The translations under genes were made by a program, and so were the position numbers. From Planctomycetota bacterium (GTDB lineage Bacteria; Planctomycetota; UBA1135; GCA-002686595), in NCBI GenBank assembly GCA_031413955.1, contig JANOGB010000024.1, forward strand, positions 709-64,708: DNA of 64,000 nt, in the 5' to 3' direction. Each line of letters opens with the position of its first letter. Within the stretch, counting starts at the first letter, position 1. Shown here piece after piece: positions 29,297 to 37,061 of the stretch. The notes under the pieces are model-generated. The model did not search any database and was not told the DNA's origin. It worked only from the letters and a program-made list of their open reading frames with translations.

Positions 29297-30463
29297 ATGC
29301 GCCCGAGAACCTCGGCCAAGGTCGCGCGCTTCACGGAGTCGGTGATCCGCGAGATGTCGCGCCTGTGCGCACACGAGGGCGGCGTCAACCTGGCCCAGGG
29401 GTTCCCGGACTTTCCCGCGCCCCTGGCCATGAAGGAGGCGGCCAAGCGCGCGATCGACGCCGACAAGAACCAGTACGCCGTCACCTGGGGCGCGCCGGCG
29501 CTGCGCAGCGCGATCGCGCAGCGGGCCGCGGCCTACAACGGGCTCGTGCTCGATCCCGAGCGCGAGATCACGGTGTGCTGCGGCGCGACGGAGGCCATGA
29601 TCGCCACACTTCTGGCCACCCTCGATCCGGGCGACGAGGTGGTGATCTTCACGCCCTTCTACGAGAACTACGGCCCCGATTGTCTGCTCTCGGGCGCCCG
29701 GCCGCGCTGGGTCCCGCTGCGCACGCCGGACTGGAGCTTCGACCCGGACGAGCTCGCGCGCGCCTTCGGCCCGCACACGCGCGCGATCATCGTCAACACA
29801 CCCCACAATCCGAGCGGGAAGGTCTTTTCGCGCGGCGAGCTCGAGTGCATCGCCAGTCTCTGCCGCGAGCACGACGCGCTGGCGATCACCGACGAGATCT
29901 ACGAGTACATCCTGTTCGACGGCGCCGAGCACATCTCGCTGGCCACACTGCCGGGCATGGCCGAGCGCACGATCACGATCAGCGGGCTGTCGAAGACCTG
30001 GAGCGCCACCGGCTGGCGCATCGGTTGGGCGCTGGCCAGCGCGGACCTGACCCTCGCGATCCGCAAGGTGCACGACTTCCTGACCGTGGGCGCGCCCGCC
30101 CCGCTGCAGGAGGCGGCGGCCGAGGCCTTGGCTTTCGGCCCCGAGTACTTCGCCGCTCTGGCGCGCGACTACCAGGCGCGGCGCACCCTCATGTTGACGG
30201 TACTCGAGGAGCTCGGCTTCCGCGTCCACCGCCCGCGCGGCGCCTACTACGTCATGACCGGGATCGAGCGCTTCCAGCGCGCCGGCGAGGACGACGTAGG
30301 CTTCGCCCGGCGACTGCTGCGGGCGGGCGGCGTGGCCACCGTGCCCGGTTCGAGCTTCTACCCGGACCCGGCCGAGGGCCGCGCCCAGATCCGCTTCTGC
30401 TTCGCCAAGCAGCTGGAGACGTTGCAGCGCGCGGCACAGGTGCTACGGGAACGCCTGACGTGA
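29297..30463 (+). CDS. pyridoxal-phosphate-dependent aminotransferase, class I/II (YbdL/kynurenine aminotransferase-like)
   Basis: NLAQGFPDF, YENYGP, NTPHNPSGKVF and SGLSKTWSATGWRIGW (PLP lysine) motifs. Confidence 0.88.
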   Translation: MRPRTSAKVARFTESVIREMSRLCAHEGGVNLAQGFPDFPAPLAMKEAAKRAIDADKNQYAVTWGAPALRSAIAQRAAAYNGLVLDPEREITVCCGATEAMIATLLATLDPGDEVVIFTPFYENYGPDCLLSGARPRWVPLRTPDWSFDPDELARAFGPHTRAIIVNTPHNPSGKVFSRGELECIASLCREHDALAITDEIYEYILFDGAEHISLATLPGMAERTITISGLSKTWSATGWRIGWALASADLTLAIRKVHDFLTVGAPAPLQEAAAEALAFGPEYFAALARDYQARRTLMLTVLEELGFRVHRPRGAYYVMTGIERFQRAGEDDVGFARRLLRAGGVATVPGSSFYPDPAEGRAQIRFCFAKQLETLQRAAQVLRERLT

Positions 30464-31590
30464 ACCCTGCACTCGTCTCGTTCCTGCTGCTCGCCTTGCT
30501 TCCGCGCCAGCAGCCCGCGGCCCACGGCCCCGAGCCGGGTCCGCGCGCGGCACTGGCGGGTCTGGCCGGATTCGAGAGCGTCTCGAAGGTGGACTTCGGA
30601 GCGCAGCAGAACCGGCTGACGGCCGTGTACCTCTTCCCGGATCGCGTGCGCTGGCACTTCGAGAACTACGGCGCGCGCCAGCGTTCCGAGCACCAGTACT
30701 TCTATCGCTCCGGCGAGCGCCTGAGCGAGCTCGTCTCCGGCCGCCCATCGCACGCGCTGGAGGGCCCCGAGCGCGACGCGGTGCTGCTACAGATGGAGCT
30801 GCGGCGCGCGGCCATGCTCTGGCCCGACGGCTTCGCCTGGGAGGAGGGCGCGAACGGCACGCGCTCGGCCGCGATCCAGGCGGATTCCTGCTGCCGCGAG
30901 CGCCCGCTCGGCTCCCTCGTGGCGACGCTCGCGGACGGCCGCCCGTGCCGCATCGAGGCGCGCGATGCGCTCGGCCGCGCGCTCGAAACGCTCGAGATCC
31001 GTGCCTGGCAAGAGCGCGCGGGGCGCATGTGGCCGCGCACGCTCGCCTTGCAGGCGGGGAGCGCGAGCTTCGTCGAGACGGTCGAGTCGATCGAAACGCG
31101 CGTGCATTACCTCGAGGTCTCGTTCTTGCCGCCCGATCTGCGCCCGCTCGTCACACCGCTCGGGCCCGGTCCGACCGTACTGTCGCGCGACCTGGTGGCC
31201 ATGACCTATGCCGTGCGCGAGTTGCCGGCGGGACTCGACTGGGAGGAAGCGCTGGCTCGCGCCCGAGACTGGATCGCAGCAGCCAGCCAGAAGGAAGGAC
31301 TCAGCGTCGATCCGGTGCCGACGTTCGAGCTCACGCCGGAGGGGCGACCCCGGGCATGCCTCGTGCGCCTCCAGGCTCCGGTCCTGCCCGCGCCGGAGGG
31401 TTTCGAGACTCATGCCGAGCGGGCAGGCCTGTTCCTGGTCCTCAACGAAATCGGCATGGTCGATCCGGCTGCCATCACGAGGATCACCCGGGCAACCCCC
31501 GCGGGTGCCCTCCCGGGGATCCCCTACCTGCGCGTCCACGCTCTGCCGAACCCCATCGAGCTCGTCCTCCCGCTCGCGCCGGCCGAGTGA
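30460..31590 (+). CDS. hypothetical secreted protein
   Basis: GTG start overlapping the aminotransferase stop (GTGA). N-terminal hydrophobic signal VNPALVSFLLLALL. No family recognised. Confidence 0.55.
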   Translation: MNPALVSFLLLALLPRQQPAAHGPEPGPRAALAGLAGFESVSKVDFGAQQNRLTAVYLFPDRVRWHFENYGARQRSEHQYFYRSGERLSELVSGRPSHALEGPERDAVLLQMELRRAAMLWPDGFAWEEGANGTRSAAIQADSCCRERPLGSLVATLADGRPCRIEARDALGRALETLEIRAWQERAGRMWPRTLALQAGSASFVETVESIETRVHYLEVSFLPPDLRPLVTPLGPGPTVLSRDLVAMTYAVRELPAGLDWEEALARARDWIAAASQKEGLSVDPVPTFELTPEGRPRACLVRLQAPVLPAPEGFETHAERAGLFLVLNEIGMVDPAAITRITRATPAGALPGIPYLRVHALPNPIELVLPLAPAE

Positions 31591-31660
31591 TGTCCTTCCT
31601 GGAGTGTCTCTTCCGGGGGACGGCGTGGTGGGCCGAGGCCATGCCGGAGTCCTCCCCCTC

Positions 31661-31675
31661 GGGCACTTGTTTTGC
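31661..31675 (+). promoter_or_regulatory. candidate sigma-54 (-24/-12) promoter
   Basis: GGGCAC-TTGTT-TTGC matches GGCAC-N5-TTGC with correct spacing. It lies 36 nt upstream of ATG 31711 in an intergenic region. Confidence 0.35.
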
Positions 31676-31710
31676 GGAGGCAGGGGGTCCGATCCGTCCA
31701 TGGGCGCAAC

Positions 31711-33615
31711 ATGAAGAAGAGCATTCTCTCGATCGTCGGGCTTTCCCTGCTGTGGGTCGGGTCTGCGAACGCGGCCATTTCCGGACCTCAGCGCGGCTCG
31801 AAAGGCTCGTCTGGATCGTCCGCTTCGCCCGCGCGCGGGTCGAGCGCTGGGTCGGCTTCGCGCCCCTCTTCCAGCCGCCCCTCTTCCAACCAGGGATCGC
31901 GCGGCTCCGCGGTAGCTCCGCGCCCCTCCGGCGGCAGCTCTTCGCGACCTTCAGCGGCTCCGAGTCCCTCGCGCGGCTCCAGCCCTAGCATCCGGCCGAG
32001 CACGACCCCTTCCGTGCGCCCCAGCGCGCCGCCCTCGATCCGTCCGAGCCCGACTAGCCAAAGCCCTTCGCGCGCGGCACCCGGTACCACCCGCCCGAGC
32101 TCGCCCTACAGCGGTTCCGCTGGCTCCGCGCCGAGCGCGACGCGCTCGGGTGGCGACCTCTACTCCGGCCGCGCGCTCCCCTCGGCTGGCCTCCCCGCTA
32201 CTCGTCCAGACTCCGCGCCCACGGCAGGGCCCGCGGTGGAGCCCCCGGAAGCGGGGGCTCCCGCGGTGGGATCGCCGGGCGTGTCCATTCCGCCCGCGCG
32301 GACCCAGCCCCGCGTTCGCTTCCCCGCCCCCTACTCACCGGCTGGATCCACGCAGCGCAGCCCGGGCATCGACGCGAGTCCACGCGGTACGAACGTTCCG
32401 GGCTCGGTCACTCCAGCTCCGCCGAAACCCGCGCTGAGTTCGTCCGGCCCGCGCGGCGCCGGCGAGCTTGGCAACAAGGGCTCGCGCCAGCAGCCGGACT
32501 CGGGGCCAGAAGTGCGCTACGACCAAGGTCCGACCAGACGCGTCGCACCTCCGAAACCGCTCGACCGCGCACCGAAGACAGCTCCTCCCACTCCACCCAC
32601 AGTCACCCCGAAGTCGGGCAAGGGCGGCTCGGAACCGCGCGCCGGGGTCAAGCCGACAGGCAAGCTCTCGAACTGGCGCGACGTGCGCCGCACGGATCCC
32701 GCGAGCGCCAGGGAGATCCTGGTGGGCACCAAGCTCGCCGGCCGTGGTTTCGAGGTCGGCGTCGGCGTCGCCACGGGTGCCATCGGCGGTGGCGTGTCTG
32801 CGGGAGGATATCGAGGCGGGGATCTCGACGACTCCTGGGTCTGTGACCCCTATGGCTGGAATGGCTCGAGCTCGGGCGGCTACTACGGCTACTACTGGGG
32901 CGCTTCGTGCGGCTGGAGCAGCTTGTGGTACCCGTTCTACTGGAGCTGGTACTACCCGTGCTGGTGGTGGTACTCGCAGCCTTACTACTACAACGACTAC
33001 TACTTCTACCGGCCGGTGAGCACGGTGGTGTACAGCGAGCCGCAGGTGATCTACCTCGAGCGCGAGAGCGAGCCCGTGGGCGAAGGGGTGGTGTCCGCGC
33101 CGCCCGCCGGAACGATCGCTCCTCCGGCAGCCGCGGAGAGCCCGCTCACGATCGCCGCACAGCGCTATCTCGAGCTCGGCGACCGCGCCTTCCGCGAGGG
33201 CCGCTACACCGACTCGGTGCAGTTCTACGCGAAAGCAGTCGAGTTCGCTCCCGACCAGGGCGCGCTCTACCTGGTGCTCTCGGATGCGCTCTTCGCGTCC
33301 GGCGACTACCACTACGGCGCCTACGCCGTGCGGCGTGCGCTCGAGCTCGATCCGGCGCTGGTCCAGAGCCAGATCGACAAGCACGGTTTCTACCCCGATC
33401 CGCAGCAGTTCGACGAGCAACTGGCGAGCCTGGAGAGTTACCTGAACGCCCATCCGAGCGACCGGGACGCGCGCCTGGTCCTGGCGCTGAACTACCTGTT
33501 TGGCGCCCGCGCCAAGGACGCCGTGCGCGTGCTCGAGAGCGCGGCCGCGGCCATGGCCGACGATCCGGCATCCCAGAAGATCCTGAACCGCGCCCGCGAA
33601 GCGGGACAGGACTGA
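31711..33615 (+). CDS. secreted Ser/Pro-rich protein with aromatic (Y/W) cluster and C-terminal TPR domain
   Basis: Signal peptide MKKSILSIVGLSLLWVGSANA, about 330 aa of S/P/G/R low complexity, the Y/W-rich segment YYGYYWGASCGWSSLWYPFYWSWYYPCWWWYSQPYYYNDYYFY, then TPR-like helices (GDRAFREGRYTDSVQFYAKAVEFAPD...). Confidence 0.75.
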   Translation: MKKSILSIVGLSLLWVGSANAAISGPQRGSKGSSGSSASPARGSSAGSASRPSSSRPSSNQGSRGSAVAPRPSGGSSSRPSAAPSPSRGSSPSIRPSTTPSVRPSAPPSIRPSPTSQSPSRAAPGTTRPSSPYSGSAGSAPSATRSGGDLYSGRALPSAGLPATRPDSAPTAGPAVEPPEAGAPAVGSPGVSIPPARTQPRVRFPAPYSPAGSTQRSPGIDASPRGTNVPGSVTPAPPKPALSSSGPRGAGELGNKGSRQQPDSGPEVRYDQGPTRRVAPPKPLDRAPKTAPPTPPTVTPKSGKGGSEPRAGVKPTGKLSNWRDVRRTDPASAREILVGTKLAGRGFEVGVGVATGAIGGGVSAGGYRGGDLDDSWVCDPYGWNGSSSGGYYGYYWGASCGWSSLWYPFYWSWYYPCWWWYSQPYYYNDYYFYRPVSTVVYSEPQVIYLERESEPVGEGVVSAPPAGTIAPPAAAESPLTIAAQRYLELGDRAFREGRYTDSVQFYAKAVEFAPDQGALYLVLSDALFASGDYHYGAYAVRRALELDPALVQSQIDKHGFYPDPQQFDEQLASLESYLNAHPSDRDARLVLALNYLFGARAKDAVRVLESAAAAMADDPASQKILNRAREAGQD

Positions 33616-33656
33616 AGGCCGGCGAGCGACTAGCCCGACGAGGCCTCGGGCACCAC

Positions 33657-33687
33657 GAAGCGGGCCGGCACGACGCCGGCCCGCTTC
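33657..33687 (+). terminator. rho-independent-type terminator hairpin
   Basis: Perfect 13-bp stem gaagcgggccggc/gccggcccgcttc with a 5-nt loop, followed by GTTTCCTT. It sits between the convergent 31711-33615 gene and galK. Confidence 0.6.
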
Positions 33688-33704
33688 GTTTCCTTGGGCC
33701 CGCC

Positions 33705-34895
33705 TCAGGCGTACTCGCGCGGTCCCGCGTCGCCGCGGAAGAAGAACACCGTGGGCTTGCGCTCGAAGCGGCGCTCGAACTCGCGTTCCAGGTGCTCGCC
33801 CAGGCCAGGCCGTGCGGCCCGCGGCAGGAGCACCACGGCGCAGCCCCCGAAGCCCGCCCCTGTCAGGCGCGCGCCCAGCACGCCGGGAAAGCCGAGCGCG
33901 GCGTCGACCAGGCAATCGAGCTCGGGAACCGAGACCTCGTACAGGTCGCGCAGGGAGGCATGCGTGGCACTGATACCGCGCCCGAAGGCACGGTGATCGC
34001 CGGCCAGGAGCGCCCCGCGCGCAGCATGCGTTCGCGCGACCTCGCCGGCCACGTGCCGCGCGCGTTTCGCCAGCAGCGGTCCGAGCTCCTCGGCCGCGGC
34101 CTCGACCGCGCTCAGGGGTACATCGCTCAGCACGCGCGCCTCAGGCACGTGCGCGCGCAGGCGCGTGAACGCCTCCTTGCACTCCGCCACACGACGGTTG
34201 AAATCGCCCTTCGCAAGCTCACGCCTGATCCCGCTGTCGACCACGGCAACCAGGAGCTCCTCGGCATCCAGGGGCAGGTGTTCGTAGCGCCCATCCCTGC
34301 AGTCGAGCCACAGAACGTGCCCCGGGCGCGAGAGCGCCACGGCATGGGGATCCATGATCCCGCACTGCACGCCAACCCACTCGCGCTCACCCCACAGCGC
34401 GGCCTCGATGCATGCCATGGGATCGAGAGCGCGTCCCCACAGCGAACGGAAGGCGAAGGCTGTCCCCACGCAGATCGAAGCGGAGGACGACAGCCCAGCA
34501 CCGATCGGCAGGTTGCCGCCGAAAAGGATGTCCGCGCCGATCGTGGCACGCTCGGCGCGCAGGAGATGGACGATCACCCCCAGCGGGTAGTCGAACCAGC
34601 GCCCGCTGGAGGAGCCCGGCAAGCTGGACAGGGGGGCGGAGAAGCTCTCCCCCTCCAGGGTCGAGACCAGCTCGAGTCGATCGTCGGTGCGCGGCCGCAG
34701 CGCCAGGAAAGTGCCCCGGTCGAGAGCCATGGGCATGACGGGACCGCCGTTGTAGTCGAGGTGCGCCCCCATCAGATTGACGCGCCCTGGCGCGAAGAAG
34801 CGGCGCACGGGAGCCCCGCGGCCGAAGCGTTCCACGAAGCGCGCGGCGTGCTGAGCCAGCAACTCTTCGAGGCTTCGTTCGGATGCGCCGAGCAT
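33705..34895 (-). CDS. galK: galactokinase
   Basis: GRVNLMGAHLDYNGG, GGNLPIGAGLSSSASI and GARLTGAGFGGC GHMP-kinase/galactokinase signatures. Confidence 0.9.
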   Translation of the reverse strand: MLGASERSLEELLAQHAARFVERFGRGAPVRRFFAPGRVNLMGAHLDYNGGPVMPMALDRGTFLALRPRTDDRLELVSTLEGESFSAPLSSLPGSSSGRWFDYPLGVIVHLLRAERATIGADILFGGNLPIGAGLSSSASICVGTAFAFRSLWGRALDPMACIEAALWGEREWVGVQCGIMDPHAVALSRPGHVLWLDCRDGRYEHLPLDAEELLVAVVDSGIRRELAKGDFNRRVAECKEAFTRLRAHVPEARVLSDVPLSAVEAAAEELGPLLAKRARHVAGEVARTHAARGALLAGDHRAFGRGISATHASLRDLYEVSVPELDCLVDAALGFPGVLGARLTGAGFGGCAVVLLPRAARPGLGEHLEREFERRFERKPTVFFFRGDAGPREYA

Positions 34896-34957
34896 CCGCG
34901 AAGACTATCGGGAGCGGCTCGGAGCAACCACCCTGGCAGCCAGACCGAGGGCCAGCT

Positions 34958-35296
34958 ATGGTGCCCGCGATGCGCGCCGCGTCCCGGTTCCTCGCATTGC
35001 TCGGCTTGCTGGCCGCTCCGGCCTGCGCCAGCCTGGACTTCGAGCCCACCGACGCGCGCACGGGTAGCTTTCGCTCCACGGCCGTGGCCTTCACCTTGCT
35101 GGGGAAGGACTACCCGCAATCGGCCCTGCTCCTGGCGCGCGCCAACGCCTCGGACTCGCAGCTCCCCAACCTGGTGATCACCGAGGAGCGCGTCTTCCCC
35201 TACTTCTGGAAGCTGGACTTCCTGCTCGACATCCTATCGGTGCGCTGGGCCTCGGTGCGCGGGACCTACGGGCCCGCGGACGGCCGCTCGGATTGA
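34958..35296 (+). CDS. small lipoprotein, hypothetical
   Basis: MVPAMRAASRFLALLGLLAAPAC lipobox. 112 aa. Confidence 0.55.
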   Translation: MVPAMRAASRFLALLGLLAAPACASLDFEPTDARTGSFRSTAVAFTLLGKDYPQSALLLARANASDSQLPNLVITEERVFPYFWKLDFLLDILSVRWASVRGTYGPADGRSD

Positions 35297-36045
35297 CGCC
35301 GTTCCGACCAGATGGAGCGGAGCCGCTGGCTCCACGTCGAGAGTCGCCAGTAGAGGATCCAGGCGAGAATCTTCCAGCCAGCGCGCAGCGTGCCCGCGAC
35401 CGTGCCCGTGATCTTGCTCTGACCGATGCGCGCACGGTAACGCACCGGCACCTCGACCACGCGCAGACCCTGGCTGCGCGCCTTGAGCTGCATCTCGATC
35501 GTCCAGCCGAAGCCTCGGTCGGCCATCCGCAGTCTGCGCAGGGCGCCGACGCGCAGCGCGCGGAACGGTCCGAGGTCCGTGTAGCGCGCGCCGAAGAGGA
35601 GCCACATCAGGCCGCAGGCCAGACGATTCCCGAACCAGGCCTGGGGCAGGAGCGCGCGCCAGGTGGCACCGCCCAGGATGCGGGAGCCGATCACGAACTC
35701 GGCCTCGCGCGCCAGGATCGGGGCCAGCACGTGCTCGAGATCCTCCGGATAGTCGGAGTGGTCTGCGTCCAGGAACACGATCACGTCGTCGTCCGCGAGC
35801 GGCGGAGCGAGACCCGAGCCCCCGAGCAGCCAGGCGATGCCCGCCAGACAGGCCTGGCCGTAGCCGCGGCGTTCTTCGCGCACGACCACCGCGCCGGCCG
35901 CGCGTGCGACCTCGGCCGTGCGGTCGCGCGAGCCATTGTCGACCACGATCACGAGCGGCGCGCGCGCGCGCGGCAGCTCGGCCAGCACGAGCGGCAAGGC
36001 CCGTTCCTCGTCACGGGCCGGCAGCACGACCGCGATGCGCGTCAT
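35266..36045 (-). CDS. glycosyltransferase family 2 (Dpm1/polyprenol-phosphate glycosyltransferase-like)
   Basis: IAVVLPARDEE, VVDNGSRDRT and FLDADHSD (DXD) motifs. ATG 36045 overlaps the upstream stop (ATGA). Confidence 0.85.
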   Translation of the reverse strand: MTRIAVVLPARDEERALPLVLAELPRARAPLVIVVDNGSRDRTAEVARAAGAVVVREERRGYGQACLAGIAWLLGGSGLAPPLADDDVIVFLDADHSDYPEDLEHVLAPILAREAEFVIGSRILGGATWRALLPQAWFGNRLACGLMWLLFGARYTDLGPFRALRVGALRRLRMADRGFGWTIEMQLKARSQGLRVVEVPVRYRARIGQSKITGTVAGTLRAGWKILAWILYWRLSTWSQRLRSIWSERRQSERPSAGP

Positions 36046-37061
36046 GGATCCGCTCGCCTTCCGAGCTCGGCGATGAGTTCGCCCAGGATCTCCGTGAACG
36101 GCCGCGGCGACCAGCCCAGCTCGGCGCGTGCGCGCCGCGACCGGAAGCGAAAATGGAGTCCGAGCAGGGCCAACGCCTCGGGCGTCGCCCGTTCGCTCGG
36201 CACGACGCGGTCGGCCAGCGCCACGACGCTCACCAGCGCACGCCACACGGGACGCGGCACCCGGCCCCAGGGCGGTGTGCGCCCACCCATCCGGCAAGCC
36301 AGTACCAGGAGGTCGTGCAGGCACCAGGCGGACTCGGAGAGCAGGTAGCGCTGCCCGCGTGATCCGCGCTCGAGCACCAGCAAGATTCCCTGCGCCGCGT
36401 CCGCCAGGCCCACGACCGAGATCGAGCCCGGCGGGCTCAGCGGCCCGAGCGTCCCGCGCAGCACACGCCGCAGGAAGTGCAGCGAGTTCGAGGCACTGCC
36501 CGAGACTCCGAAAACGACTGCCGGGCTGGCCACGACCACGTCGAGCTCCTCCCGTGCGGCGAGGACCAGCGCCTCGGCCTCGGCCTTGGTGCGCGCATAG
36601 GCCGAGTCGAGCGCAGGGGCCGTGAGCGGCGCGTCGTCGTCGAGCTCCAGGTCGGGGCGTGCCACCGCTCCGAGCGCCACCACCGAGCTGACGTGACACA
36701 GGCGTCGCGCGCGCACGGCCGCGCAAGCCGCCAGCACGCGGCGCGTCCCCTCGACGTTGACGCGCTGCAAGAGCTCTCGATCCGCCCTGCGGTAGCTGAT
36801 GCCTGCCGCCAAGTGCACGACGTCGAGCGGCACGCCGTCCGCGCGCGCCCGCGCGGCCGCGTACTCGAAGGCCTGGCGCAGCCCGGACTCGTCCAGGAGG
36901 TCGGCCTCGAGCCAGCGCACCCCTGTGCCTTGCAGGGACGAACGATCCGTGCCGGGGCGGCAGAGCACGTGCGCGGTCGCGCCGCGGGCCGCCAGCCTGC
37001 GCACGACCTCCGCCCCGACGAATCCGGCCCCGCCCGTGACCAGGACGAGCGCGCCGCTCAC
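36042..37061 (-). CDS. NAD-dependent epimerase/dehydratase family protein
   Basis: Rossmann motif LVTGGAGFVGAEVV and YARTK catalytic motif. The GTG start overlaps the kinase stop (GTGA). Confidence 0.85.
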   Translation of the reverse strand: MSGALVLVTGGAGFVGAEVVRRLAARGATAHVLCRPGTDRSSLQGTGVRWLEADLLDESGLRQAFEYAAARARADGVPLDVVHLAAGISYRRADRELLQRVNVEGTRRVLAACAAVRARRLCHVSSVVALGAVARPDLELDDDAPLTAPALDSAYARTKAEAEALVLAAREELDVVVASPAVVFGVSGSASNSLHFLRRVLRGTLGPLSPPGSISVVGLADAAQGILLVLERGSRGQRYLLSESAWCLHDLLVLACRMGGRTPPWGRVPRPVWRALVSVVALADRVVPSERATPEALALLGLHFRFRSRRARAELGWSPRPFTEILGELIAELGRRADP

